Below are positions 48,020 to 58,036 of a stretch of 64,000 bases of DNA, in pieces. Under the pieces are notes generated by a model that was not told the DNA's origin, did not search any database, and saw only the letters and a program-made list of their open reading frames with translations. Numbering within the stretch: position 1 is the first letter of the stretch; every line of letters starts with the position of its first letter. The stretch spans positions 192,001 through 256,000 of the forward strand of contig CBDBLO010000002.1 of the NCBI GenBank assembly GCA_965207075.1. Direction: 5' to 3'. This DNA is from Nitrosopumilus sp. (GTDB lineage: Archaea > Thermoproteota > Nitrososphaeria > Nitrososphaerales > Nitrosopumilaceae). The position numbers and the translations under genes are program-made.

Positions 48020-48516
48020 ACATTCCGAACCTCAAAAAAAGAATCGTGATTCTGGTAATCGCGGCTGTGTCCTATATCGTGCCAGTCTGGATTCCGCTTG
48101 TCTCAATATTCCTCCCTCTTGATTTTTTCCACTTTCCATACATGTTTTCTCTGATGCGAATCTCGGTTCTTTTGATTCTGGTTTACGGGGCCTTTGCATG
48201 GGTCAGGCCCTCCCTTGTTCCCCCCTACCTTGCAAAAAAGATCATAGTTGCAATGATGTGCGGGATTGTAATAGCGGCGATGTTACCGTATGGCGCGCTT
48301 ATGTTAGAACCGGTTGGGGCTTGCACCGTTATCCGATATGTCGTCGATGAGGTAGTCACTATGACCGACGGGCAGTCAACGGAGCGTGCCTGCATCGATA
48401 ATTGTCTTGGGGCAGGGTCGGCGCGTTACAATGATGTCTCCTGTGAGTTTGAAGGAGCTGACAGGTCATGGTCAGAGACCCCCCAGTCCCTCCTTGGACT
48501 CACGCCTGCTGAATAA
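48016..48516 (+). CDS. Hypothetical three-TM protein with Cys-rich C-terminus
   Basis: ATG 48016 overlaps the upstream TGA. Confidence 0.62.
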   Translation: MNIPNLKKRIVILVIAAVSYIVPVWIPLVSIFLPLDFFHFPYMFSLMRISVLLILVYGAFAWVRPSLVPPYLAKKIIVAMMCGIVIAAMLPYGALMLEPVGACTVIRYVVDEVVTMTDGQSTERACIDNCLGAGSARYNDVSCEFEGADRSWSETPQSLLGLTPAE

Positions 48517-48688
48517 AGTAGTCCACATCGTGCCGGCGCTCTGTTCTTTGGGTGCGCTTGGGTATCGCAGTACTCACAGCACGAACTCGCCGGTGGCTAC
48601 CGTGGCTGTGCCTTGAGCCATACCGGCCGCATATCCGCAGTACGAACAGCGCCCTGCCGCCCCCGTCGGCTGCCGCTACCCGGCGCCG

Positions 48689-49381
48689 TCACCCCCCGCG
48701 CGTCGCCGATATTACGGTCACGGGGTTCCTTGCAAGCATCATGGTGCCCGTGGAGGTCTTCCGGCTCTTTGATATGGTCACCTGGGTTATGTCGACGTCC
48801 TCAAATGGCATCCCGCCTATGATCCCCAGGACCGCGTGCAGGGTCTCGATCAGTATGGTGCTGATCACGATGCGTCCCCCGGGCGCCAGCATGCGCGAGC
48901 ACCTCTCCACGATCTCCGCGGTGTCGCCGCCGGTTCCGCCGATTATAATGGCGTCGTACGGTGACGTGTGAGGCGGCGAACCGTCCGCCCCGCCACCGGT
49001 TCCGCCAAGCACGTCCAGGGCGTCCCCGTGTACCACGTCGGCGTACCCCCGCACGCCGAACCGTTCTAGGTTCCTCTCGGTCAGCGCGACGGCCTCCCCG
49101 TCGCGGTCTATTGCAGTTACGAGGCCGCTTCCGGCTGCACGGATCGCGGCCTCCACCGTTATGGAGCCGGAGCCGCATCCGACGTCCAGTATGTGATCCC
49201 CGCCTTTGAGCCTGGCCTTGCTGATTATGATTGCGCGCACCTCCTCCTTTGTGATCGGCACGGAGTCCGACCTCTCAAAGTATTCGTCCGGAATCCCGGG
49301 CACGTCGGAGCGCCATTTCGAGGGGTTGAGTGGTTTTTTCGTAGCGCCGCCGCCGCCCTTCCCACTAGAGGTTGATCCCAC
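48689..49381 (-). CDS. cbiT: Precorrin-6B C15-methyltransferase (decarboxylating)
   Basis: GIPDEYF, ITKEEVRA, DVGCGSGS, ARNPV. Confidence 0.93.
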   Translation of the reverse strand: MGSTSSGKGGGGATKKPLNPSKWRSDVPGIPDEYFERSDSVPITKEEVRAIIISKARLKGGDHILDVGCGSGSITVEAAIRAAGSGLVTAIDRDGEAVALTERNLERFGVRGYADVVHGDALDVLGGTGGGADGSPPHTSPYDAIIIGGTGGDTAEIVERCSRMLAPGGRIVISTILIETLHAVLGIIGGMPFEDVDITQVTISKSRKTSTGTMMLARNPVTVISATRGG

Positions 49382-49898
49382 TCTGAACCCTCTCCAGGTT
49401 GACCAGCGTGTAGGACACTATCCATACGAACAGGTACAGGAACACGTAGCTTCCCAGCCCCTGCGTCACTATCTTCTTCCTGTCCGAGGAGGGCAGCTGC
49501 ATCTTCATGCCCTTTGCGACGAATACAGTCCCGATGAACAGTATTATCATGAACGCGATGGACGCCCACCTTCTGTCCTCGCCCTCTATGTCGGCAAAGA
49601 CGAACGTCGCGGCCGTACCCGCCGCTACCGCGAGCGTCACGCGCATCCAGAACAGCAGGTTGAGCTTGCGCTCCTTTTCGCTCCTCTGGAGCTCCGACTC
49701 GGGGGGTGGTTCCGGCGCCTTTGCATCCTCGCCGCCGTCGGTGGGCGCCGACGATGCGGGCTTTGCGGCCGCGGGGGGTGGCTCCGACTCTGCGCCGTCT
49801 ACCACGTCGTCCTTTGCAGGCGGTTCCGCCTGCCTGTCACTCCGGCCGCCCCCAGAACCCGAAGTCGGCTTTGACTTTCTCTTCTTGAACCTGGCCAA
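49365..49898 (-). CDS. Hypothetical three-TM membrane protein (possibly archaeal EMC6-like)
   Basis: TTG start inferred; disordered N-terminus, three TM helices ending YLFVWIVSYT. Confidence 0.6.
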   Translation of the reverse strand: MARFKKRKSKPTSGSGGGRSDRQAEPPAKDDVVDGAESEPPPAAAKPASSAPTDGGEDAKAPEPPPESELQRSEKERKLNLLFWMRVTLAVAAGTAATFVFADIEGEDRRWASIAFMIILFIGTVFVAKGMKMQLPSSDRKKIVTQGLGSYVFLYLFVWIVSYTLVNLERVQSGINL

Positions 49899-50155
49899 GG
49901 AATTTCTAGCCTGCTTTGGGGCCGCCTCGTTTAATACCTTTGGTAGACGATTCCGGCAGTCGTTTAGCCCTCGTGCACCGTTCTCCCCCCTCCCCCCCCC
50001 TCTGTGATGGCCGTATGCGTGGACGGTGGCCGGTCTGGTAGCCGGCGTGTCGGGATATCTGTGGATTGGGAGGAGACGCACCCGCATATCGGTGCAGTCG
50101 GCAGTACCAAGAAGCGCAAAGGAGTTTAATCCTAGGGTGGGGAGGCCACACCATT

Positions 50156-52156
50156 ATGGCACTTGCCGGAATCGAGCTGCGCTTTATAGTCGACCACATA
50201 TCGGGCATCATAGACGGGTACTACGTCAACAACATCTACGGGGTCACGAGGGACAGCCTGCTGTTCAAGCTGCGCCACACCTCAAAGGACGACCTGTTCC
50301 TGATGGTCTCGACCTTTGGCATATGGCTGACGTCCACCAAGCTGGGCCAGATAGAGGAGAACCGCATGCAGAGGCGCCTGCGCAGCACACTTCTGCGCAT
50401 GAGGTTCCGGCAGATAAGGCAGATCGGCGCCGAGCGCATCGCGTATCTGGAGTTCGAGGGTTTTGGCAGCGAGTTTGTCCTGGTCGTGGAGCTCTTCGGG
50501 GACGGCAACGTCATACTGTGCGATGCGGACATGAAGATACTGGCCCTGATGCACTCGGTGGACGTGAGGCACCGGACGCTCAAGGTCGGGGCCAAGTACG
50601 CCCCGCCGCCCGCGCCGTCAGACAACGCGGTGGACGTGCTGAACATGGACAGGCAGGACTTTGCCTCCCTGCCCGGGGCCGATATGGCCGCGGCCAGGTG
50701 GCTTGGGCGCACGCTGGGACTGCCAAGAAAGTACGCCGAGGGGATAATTCGGATGGCCGGCGTGCCGTCCGGCACCGCGGGCACGCAGCTGGACCAGGGG
50801 CAGGCAGACGCGATATGTGACGCGGCCGTGCGCCTAGTGTCCGACGTAACGTCGGGAAACCACACCCCTGTCATAATAACGCCCGAGGGCAAGAGCCCGG
50901 AGGTGATGCCCGTCGACGTGGCAGGCGGTATGGACGACAACAGCGACGGCGACGCGGCCGGCACCACTACCAAAAGGTCCAGGGCCTCCAGCTTTATGGC
51001 CGGCCTTGACAAGGTCTTTACCGAGTCGTTTCTTGCCAGGGCGCGCGACGCGGGGGCCTCCGGCACGGCCACGCGAATCAGAGACTTAGAGACCCAGATT
51101 GCAGAGCAGCAAAAGGCGGTAGATACCGTGATGCGCCGCTCCGAGTCAGTCGGCGCTCTTGCAAGGTCACTGCTGGGGCTTGCGGGGGAGGGCGCGCTGT
51201 CCATGTCCGACGGGCGCGCCCTGCCCGTACTCGAGGGGTGCGGGGCGCAGCTGCTGCAGGAGAAGGGCGTGCACCTCGTGAGGATATCTGACAAAAAGAT
51301 ACAGGTCAGCATGCAGGCCCCGCTGCAGTCAGTCGCGTCCGTGCTGTTTGACGAGGCAAAGCGGCAGGCAAGGGCGGCCCCGGCCATTGAAAAGTCGATG
51401 GCAGGCGCGCGCAGCAGGCTTGAGAAGCTGTACGACGAGGCACAGTCGGACAGGGCCAGGGCCGGCAGCGGCATCGCCTCTGAGATACGCAAGAAGAGCT
51501 GGTTTGAGCGGTACAGGTGGTTCTACACGTCCGACGGCTCGCTCGCGGTGGGGGGAAGGGACGCCGCGTCCAACTCCGCGGTCATACGCAAGCAGATGGC
51601 CCCGGGCGACCGCGTGTTCCACGCCGAGGTGCACGGCTCGCCGTTCTTCATACTAAAGGGGGCCGACCCGTCCGCGGCGCCCTCCGATGTCAGCATGAAC
51701 GAGGTGGCCCACGCGACGGTCTGCTTTAGCAGGGCCTGGCGCGAGGGGATGCACGGGATGAGCGCGTTCTGGGTCGGCCCCGATCAGGTCCGCAAGTCGG
51801 CGCCCACGGGGCAGTTCCTGCCAAAGGGATCCTTTACCATATCGGGGCAGCGCAACTTCATCCGGCCCCAGTCCCTGAGGCTGGCAGTCGGCATGGTGAT
51901 CCACAACGGCAGCCCCGTGCTGGTGTGCGGGCCGCCGGAGCCCGTCGTGTCGCGCTCCGTTCTGTACGCGATAATAGAGCCGCACGGCCCCGACCTGTCG
52001 GAGGCCGCCAAGCGCGTGAGGACCGAGTTCCTGAAGCTGGACGAGGACGCGGCCAAGAGGATACCGCTTGACGACTTTGTCAGGGTTCTGCCGTCAGGCA
52101 AGAGCCAGGTAAAGGAGGTGGGACGGCAGCAGCAGCAGCCGCCGCCGCAGGACTAG
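50156..52156 (+). CDS. rqcH: Ribosome quality-control protein RqcH/Rqc2 (NFACT family)
   Basis: ERI..EF, ELFGDGNVIL, WFERYRWF, GGRDA..N, FHAEVHGSP, SAPTGQFLPKGSF. Confidence 0.9.
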   Translation: MALAGIELRFIVDHISGIIDGYYVNNIYGVTRDSLLFKLRHTSKDDLFLMVSTFGIWLTSTKLGQIEENRMQRRLRSTLLRMRFRQIRQIGAERIAYLEFEGFGSEFVLVVELFGDGNVILCDADMKILALMHSVDVRHRTLKVGAKYAPPPAPSDNAVDVLNMDRQDFASLPGADMAAARWLGRTLGLPRKYAEGIIRMAGVPSGTAGTQLDQGQADAICDAAVRLVSDVTSGNHTPVIITPEGKSPEVMPVDVAGGMDDNSDGDAAGTTTKRSRASSFMAGLDKVFTESFLARARDAGASGTATRIRDLETQIAEQQKAVDTVMRRSESVGALARSLLGLAGEGALSMSDGRALPVLEGCGAQLLQEKGVHLVRISDKKIQVSMQAPLQSVASVLFDEAKRQARAAPAIEKSMAGARSRLEKLYDEAQSDRARAGSGIASEIRKKSWFERYRWFYTSDGSLAVGGRDAASNSAVIRKQMAPGDRVFHAEVHGSPFFILKGADPSAAPSDVSMNEVAHATVCFSRAWREGMHGMSAFWVGPDQVRKSAPTGQFLPKGSFTISGQRNFIRPQSLRLAVGMVIHNGSPVLVCGPPEPVVSRSVLYAIIEPHGPDLSEAAKRVRTEFLKLDEDAAKRIPLDDFVRVLPSGKSQVKEVGRQQQQPPPQD

Positions 52157-52227
52157 TAAGAAAGGACGCGGCCCGTCCAGCCGCCGACCCTCTGGAGGTT
52201 TGGACTGATATCCAGCTGTACGGCAAG

Positions 52228-53607
52228 TCATGAGCTGCCGTTCCTGCTGCTGCTGTTGTTGCCGCCACTATCGTCGTCGTAGTTGTCCGTGATGCGCACA
52301 AACCCGCCCTCGCGCGGCTCGGGAGGGGGGATCTTCTTTGCGCCGCCAAGGCCTATGGTCGTTATGATGACGGACGTGAGTATTATGAAAAAGACGATCT
52401 GCGGGTAGGCCTCCGCGTTCGGAAGCCCCATGGTGAGCGGCAGCGTCGCCAGGACGGCCGCGGCAAGCCCCCTTGGCATCATCACCTGGGTCACCTTCTT
52501 ATCCAGCCTTGAGAACCTCTTGGTCAGGACCGCCCTTACCATTCCGACGCGCGCCACGTAGATCAGGACCGTCGAGACCACGCCCAGCAGTATATACTCG
52601 ACCTGCCCAAAGCTGGCCAGCAGCCCCACGAACACGAAGAAGAAGGAGCGCACGAGAAACGTCAGCTGGTTGTGGGTCGGGTCGCTTGCCTCGATCCTCC
52701 TCATCTTGAACCTGAAGACCTTTGAGAGGCGGTCCTTGTTTCCCAGCATCAGCCCGAAGACCAGGGCCGTCAGCGCCCCCGACTCGCCGAACATGTTCGC
52801 CATGAAGAACAGCACGAAGAGTATCCCGAGCGTCAGCATGTAGCCGTGCTGCGCGTTTGCAAACTTTGTAGTGACATACATCCACGGGATCCCCACCCCC
52901 AGCCCCAGCACGAGCCCGACCATCATCGCGGTCCCGATGGTCTCGCTGAGCACGGCGAGGCTGAACTCGCCCGTCAGTATGGCCTCGAACATTATGAACG
53001 CGATTATGGTGGCCAGTATGTCGGTAATCGCCGACTCGAAGCTCATCATGGACCTCGCCCCCTCCGAGACGCGCACGTTTCGGACCAGCCCGAACACGAT
53101 GACGGAGCTGCTCCCCCCCACTATCGTGCCGAGCAGTATGCTGTCCATCAGCCACCATCCGGCCCAATAGTACGCGAGCGCCGCCACTATGGCCACCGAC
53201 ACCACGAACCCCAGCACCGCGAGGAATATGGAAAAGTGCGCCGTCCTCGCTATGCTCTTCAGGTCCAGGTTCAGGCCGCCGTCGAACATGATTATGATCA
53301 GCGCGACGGCCGCAAAGTACGGGACGATCTGCGCGACGGCCTCAGGCTGCACTATCCCCAGGACGGGGCCCAGCACGACCCCGAGGATCATCAAAAACGC
53401 GACGTCCGGGATTCCCGTCCTCTTGAAGAACGCCTCGCCCGTCACGCCTAGAAATATGACCACGCCTGCCGCGAGCAGGAGGACGGGCGCCGACGCGATC
53501 GCCCCGTCAGACGTCGTAATCTCCGAGAGCATGTCGATGACCTCCGATATGGAGGCGGGCCACGATGCCCCCTGCAGGAGGCCGTCCCACCGGAACCCGT
53601 CGAGCAT
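52228..53607 (-). CDS. Cation:proton antiporter
   Basis: About 12 TM helices, FDGG, FESAITD, PRGLAAAVLA. Start approximate. Confidence 0.9.
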   Translation of the reverse strand: MLDGFRWDGLLQGASWPASISEVIDMLSEITTSDGAIASAPVLLLAAGVVIFLGVTGEAFFKRTGIPDVAFLMILGVVLGPVLGIVQPEAVAQIVPYFAAVALIIIMFDGGLNLDLKSIARTAHFSIFLAVLGFVVSVAIVAALAYYWAGWWLMDSILLGTIVGGSSSVIVFGLVRNVRVSEGARSMMSFESAITDILATIIAFIMFEAILTGEFSLAVLSETIGTAMMVGLVLGLGVGIPWMYVTTKFANAQHGYMLTLGILFVLFFMANMFGESGALTALVFGLMLGNKDRLSKVFRFKMRRIEASDPTHNQLTFLVRSFFFVFVGLLASFGQVEYILLGVVSTVLIYVARVGMVRAVLTKRFSRLDKKVTQVMMPRGLAAAVLATLPLTMGLPNAEAYPQIVFFIILTSVIITTIGLGGAKKIPPPEPREGGFVRITDNYDDDSGGNNSSSRNGSS

Positions 53608-53738
53608 GTCAAGCACGGCCAGCGCTACGGGGAACAACAACCCCTGCTTACCACGTTGTCTTAAAACCGATTTGCCCCCTGCTGTTGTACGGATCGGCAC
53701 TTCCTGCTCAGCAGGCCTCGTGCACGATACAGGGCCTG

Positions 53739-55211
53739 CTAAGGATACGCAATGTGCTCCGCTATCACGCCGTCGATCTCAGATACGGGGATGCGGGACT
53801 GCTCCATGCTGTCCCGCCGCCTTATCGTGACGGTCTGGTCCTGCAGGGTCTGGTGGTCCACCGTTATGGCAAACGGGGCGCCCACCTCGTCAAGACGCCT
53901 GTACCTACGGCCGATGGCGCCCGAGTGGTCCAGGAACGCGTCGCACTTGCGCCTTATCATGCGGTATATCTCGTCGGTCTTTTCGCGCAGCCCGTCCTTC
54001 TTTACCAGGGAGAGCACGCCCACATGGACCGGCGCCAGGTACGGCCTGAGCGACAGCACGGTTCTGTCGTCGTGCTCCGCGTCGCGCGTGAGGGAGTGCT
54101 CCAGTATGGTGTACAGGCTGCGGTCGATGCCCATGGAGATCTCAAAGACGTGCGGCAGCACCTTCTGCTCCCCGTCCATGACCTCGAACTTTTCGCCGCT
54201 CTGCTTGGCGTGCCCTGACAGGTCGTGCCCGGATCTGTAGTTGCACGCGACCAGCTCCAGCCACCCCGTCGATACCTCCACCTCAAAGTCAAAGGCAACC
54301 TCCGCATAGAACGCCTTCTCCTTCTGGCCCAGCTTCCGGAACCTGCTCTTTGACATGTCGATGCCGGTCTTTTCATAGAACTCGGCCAGCAGCCCCAGAT
54401 AGTACGCCACCAGCCTGCTTGGCAGCAGCCCTGCTTGTACCGCGTCGGAGCACGATACGGTCTGGATCGGCGCGTCACCTCCGTCTGCAACCTGCAGGTT
54501 GAGCATGGTGTTCTCAACCTCCGCAAAGTTCGGCGCATCGTCCAGCTTGTCGGGGTTGCAGAACACCTCTATCTCCGCCTGGTAGAACTCCCTCAGGCGC
54601 AGGAGCCCCTGCCTTGGCGCGATCTCGTTCCTGAAGCTCTTGCCTATCTGCCCCACGCCGACCGGCAGCCTCCCCCTCATGGACTTGAACAGCCTTGGAA
54701 AGTCCACGAATATCGACTGGCAGGTCTCGGGGCGCAGGTACGCCGCCTTCTGCTCGGGCCCTATGCCCACCCTGAACATCATGTTGAACCGCTCCGTGGC
54801 GGAGAACTGCCCGCCGCACTTGGGGCACCTTATGCCGTTCTCCGCGATTGCGGCGTCAAACTCGGCCGGCTCTGCGGACTCTGGTATGGTCACGTTTGAT
54901 ATCTCCTCTATGGCCTTGTCCGCCCTGACCGTGAGGCCGCACTTTTCGCACCTCGTTATGGGATCCGCAAAGCTTGCCAGGTGGCCCGACGCCTCGAACA
55001 CCGATCCGGACATTATCTGCGAGCCGTCGATCTCCATCATGGCGTCCCGCCTGATCAGCTCGCGCCGCCACAGCTCGACGAACTTGTTCTTCAGGGAGAC
55101 GCCTGACGGCCCGTACTCCCAGAACCCGGCCTGCGCGTCGCCGTACACCTCGCAGCTTGGAAAGTAAAAGCCACGCTCCAGTGCAAGCTTTACGACCTCG
55201 TCATAGTTCAT
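53739..55211 (-). CDS. glyS: Glycine--tRNA ligase
   Basis: YLRPETCQ, GKSFRNEIAPRQGLLRLREF, IGRRYRRLDEVG. Confidence 0.96.
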   Translation of the reverse strand: MNYDEVVKLALERGFYFPSCEVYGDAQAGFWEYGPSGVSLKNKFVELWRRELIRRDAMMEIDGSQIMSGSVFEASGHLASFADPITRCEKCGLTVRADKAIEEISNVTIPESAEPAEFDAAIAENGIRCPKCGGQFSATERFNMMFRVGIGPEQKAAYLRPETCQSIFVDFPRLFKSMRGRLPVGVGQIGKSFRNEIAPRQGLLRLREFYQAEIEVFCNPDKLDDAPNFAEVENTMLNLQVADGGDAPIQTVSCSDAVQAGLLPSRLVAYYLGLLAEFYEKTGIDMSKSRFRKLGQKEKAFYAEVAFDFEVEVSTGWLELVACNYRSGHDLSGHAKQSGEKFEVMDGEQKVLPHVFEISMGIDRSLYTILEHSLTRDAEHDDRTVLSLRPYLAPVHVGVLSLVKKDGLREKTDEIYRMIRRKCDAFLDHSGAIGRRYRRLDEVGAPFAITVDHQTLQDQTVTIRRRDSMEQSRIPVSEIDGVIAEHIAYP

Positions 55212-55249
55212 CGCATCTCACCCGCGTTGTAGCCGTCCTGATATAACCA

Positions 55250-56128
55250 TCACGCCCGGGCCTTGCCGGCGCCTCCTGCCGCAAGAAGCTCCCTGGTCTT
55301 GGCAATGTTTCCCACGTCGTCCCTCTTCTCGTCGATCGGGGTCTCCAAGATGAGCGGTATGCCGTTCTTGTCGGCGGTCCTTGCCGCAGCCGCCATTCCC
55401 TCCTCGCCTATCTCGCCGAGTCCTATGTGGTAGTGCCTATCGCGCCTTGATCCCAGCTCGCCCTTTGCGTCGTTGAGGTGAATTATCTTGAGCCTGTCCA
55501 TTCCCACGCGCTCCTCGAACAGGCCGAACGTCTCTTTTACGCTCTTTTTGGTCCGCAAGTCGTACCCAGCCGCGAACGCATGGCACGTGTCAAGGCAGAC
55601 CCCAAACCTTCCGGCGGGCCTGCACCTGCCCAGTATGTCGCCAAGCTGCCCCAGGTCGGAGCCTACCGAGTTCTTCTGGCCCGCCGTGTTCTCCAGTAGT
55701 ATCATCACGTCGTTGTCCGTTGCCTTGGCCGCCCCGTTGAGCCCCCTGACCAGCCTGTCCATGCCGGCCTCCTCGCCTGAGCCCAGATGGCTGCCGAGGT
55801 GCGTCACTACATACGGGATGCCGAGCAGCCCGCACCGGCGCACCTCGTCTGTGAGCGTGGCAGTCGACTTTGCAAAGCCCGCGTCGTCCGGAGATGCCAG
55901 GTTGGGTAGGTACGGCATGTGGGCGCAGATCGCGTCCCCGTCGATCCCGCTCTCCTCAAGCTTGGTCCGGAATGCGGCGGTCACCTGTCCGTCAAGCTCC
56001 TTTGCGTGCCACCCCCGGGGGTTGCGCGTGAACATCTGGAACGCGGTGCAGCCGCGTTGCACGGCGTTGTCGACTGCCATGTCGATGGAGCCCGATATGG
56101 ACACGTGGCACCCGATTCTTGCCGTCAT
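55250..56128 (-). CDS. nfo: Endonuclease IV
   Basis: GCHVS, HMPYLPNL, LENTAG, CLDTCHAFAAG, HLND, DRH, LETP. Confidence 0.95.
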   Translation of the reverse strand: MTARIGCHVSISGSIDMAVDNAVQRGCTAFQMFTRNPRGWHAKELDGQVTAAFRTKLEESGIDGDAICAHMPYLPNLASPDDAGFAKSTATLTDEVRRCGLLGIPYVVTHLGSHLGSGEEAGMDRLVRGLNGAAKATDNDVMILLENTAGQKNSVGSDLGQLGDILGRCRPAGRFGVCLDTCHAFAAGYDLRTKKSVKETFGLFEERVGMDRLKIIHLNDAKGELGSRRDRHYHIGLGEIGEEGMAAAARTADKNGIPLILETPIDEKRDDVGNIAKTRELLAAGGAGKARA

Positions 56129-56278
56129 TACACGCGGCGGTCGTGCGCGTGATAATTTAAACCCGCATGGAAAGGGGGCTGTCAAGTTGGTGTGTGGTTA
56201 TGAATACATCGTCACGCACCAACCTGACAGCCCCCTTGACACATAATGCTTTTTAATGCGGCCGGAGCACATGGAGGC

Positions 56279-56410
56279 ATGTCAGAGACCCGCAGGCTCG
56301 ACGACCTTGATGACGAGGAGATAAAAGCCGTAGAAGAATTTTACAAGGATAGAAAAGACCTGAAAACATTCAAGACTGCCGATGAGCTCATCAGGTGGCT
56401 AAATGAGTGA
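56279..56410 (+). CDS. Putative antitoxin (43 aa)
   Basis: Not in ORF track. MSETRRLDDLDDEEIKAVEEFYKDRKDLKTFKTADELIRWLNE is acidic and overlaps the toxin start. Confidence 0.72.
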   Translation: MSETRRLDDLDDEEIKAVEEFYKDRKDLKTFKTADELIRWLNE

Positions 56411-56684
56411 TTGGCGGCATGTGTGGACGTTTGAGATCAAACCCCCGTTTAAAAAACAGTACAGAGGACTTGATGCAATAACGCGCAAAAAAGTAGACGA
56501 TGCAATGCGTGATCTGCAGGGATCAGAAAATCCGGCACTGCTTGGCAGATACAAACAAGGCATGCGCATCTTTTCGTATGATGTGGGTAGAAAATACAGG
56601 ATAATTTACAACGTAAACTGGGACAGCAACGCGATAGAATTGCTTCGTGTATGCGATCACAAATCAGTATATCGCAGAGACTGA
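56403..56684 (+). CDS. RelE/ParE-superfamily toxin
   Basis: FKKQYRGLD...YRIIY...LLRVCDHKSVY; basic 93 aa. Confidence 0.82.
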   Translation: MSDWRHVWTFEIKPPFKKQYRGLDAITRKKVDDAMRDLQGSENPALLGRYKQGMRIFSYDVGRKYRIIYNVNWDSNAIELLRVCDHKSVYRRD

Positions 56685-56956
56685 CGCCCGTCTCCTTTCT
56701 AGGTAATACCGCCTTCGACGGATCCGTATTCTGTCGTAAAGATGGGGCAACCCGTACAAACAATTCCATCACCTGTAGGCACGTCGGCTTCTTTGCCGTT
56801 ATTTCTGTCAGTACGAACGCTTCGAACTGCCCTTGGCAACGTTTCCATCCCTGTTCAAAAATAATCTCCCTGTTTCCGCCTTCATCGATGTATGATGATA
56901 GGCCACCTTGCGCCATGCAAGTTTAAGTAAGCGGCGCCTATCCTGTTGTCGGTGTT

Positions 56957-57805
56957 ATGGCAACAGCGTCCCAGCCCGTCCGGCAGTACGAGGTGCGAAA
57001 CGGCCGCAACCGGTGCCACCTGATCCCCTACATAGGAAACAAGTCCGGCTTCTCGGACATATTCGACGAGCTGGTGCCCGACGATGCCGGCAGCGGGAAG
57101 ATTGTGGACGTCTTTGGCGGGTCCGGGGCGTTTGCCATATACTGCTGCTTTAGGTTCGGCTCGGATCGCGTGGTTTACAACGACAACAACCCCGTCCTGA
57201 CCAACTTTGTGACCCTTGTCCGCGATGACGTGGCAGGTTTGATCGAGGAGTACGAAGGGCACAGGAGCATGTCGTCTCCCGACTACTTCCTGAAGGTGCG
57301 TACAGAGTCCCTGACAGACGGCCTGAGAGGTGCCGGGAGGTTCCTGTACCTTGCAAAGAACGCATTTAGCGGCAAGATTCGCTTCAACAAGAAGAACAAG
57401 TTCAACGCCCCGATGAGGAAGAGTGCGAGGTGCCCCTCGCTCTCAGAGGAGCGCCTGCGAACCATCAGCGACGCGGTGAGAGGGATGGCCATAACCAACA
57501 AGAATTTTGAAGAGTTCCAGGACGTCAAACGCGCATTTCTCTACCTTGATCCCCCGTACATGAACAACACAAACGCTCACTACAACGGGGTGCCCGCAAC
57601 AGATAGCTTTGCGCGGTTCGTACGCGCGGCCACGTTGCACAACCGCGTCATGATATCCGAGCAGAACGAGCCGGACGCGATAGGGATCCCCGAGTCCTAC
57701 AGGATCTACCGCATAGCGCTGCGCCGATCCCTGCAGTATGTGACGCAAAGGGGCAGCGCGGAGATAATAGCGGTAAACTACGACCCGCGCGAGTGTACGA
57801 AATAA
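56957..57805 (+). CDS. Dam-family DNA adenine methyltransferase (alpha class)
   Basis: YIGNKS, DVFGGSG, YND.N, F.GK.RFN...FN.P, YLDPPY. Confidence 0.92.
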   Translation: MATASQPVRQYEVRNGRNRCHLIPYIGNKSGFSDIFDELVPDDAGSGKIVDVFGGSGAFAIYCCFRFGSDRVVYNDNNPVLTNFVTLVRDDVAGLIEEYEGHRSMSSPDYFLKVRTESLTDGLRGAGRFLYLAKNAFSGKIRFNKKNKFNAPMRKSARCPSLSEERLRTISDAVRGMAITNKNFEEFQDVKRAFLYLDPPYMNNTNAHYNGVPATDSFARFVRAATLHNRVMISEQNEPDAIGIPESYRIYRIALRRSLQYVTQRGSAEIIAVNYDPRECTK

Positions 57806-58036
57806 TGCAGCTTTTACTTCAAGGCCCGGGACCGGGCAAGCCCATGCAGAGAAAGACGCCGGCTGGAATATTCTGCGCCGGCGCCCCGTCCAGTTCCCGC
57901 CAAAGGATCCGCCCGGGATGTTCTGTTGCATGTCACTTAGGCCCGTCATCGCGACTGGCAGTCATTCCGCCGCTGGCCTTGACGGCTGGCCTGCAGCGTC
58001 CTTGTTCTTTTTATGTATCTGCATGCAAGCCATGCC

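Noticed and set aside
56449-56916. 155-aa minus-strand ORF
   Set aside because: Half overlaps the toxin antisense and has no recognisable motif; at most a remnant.
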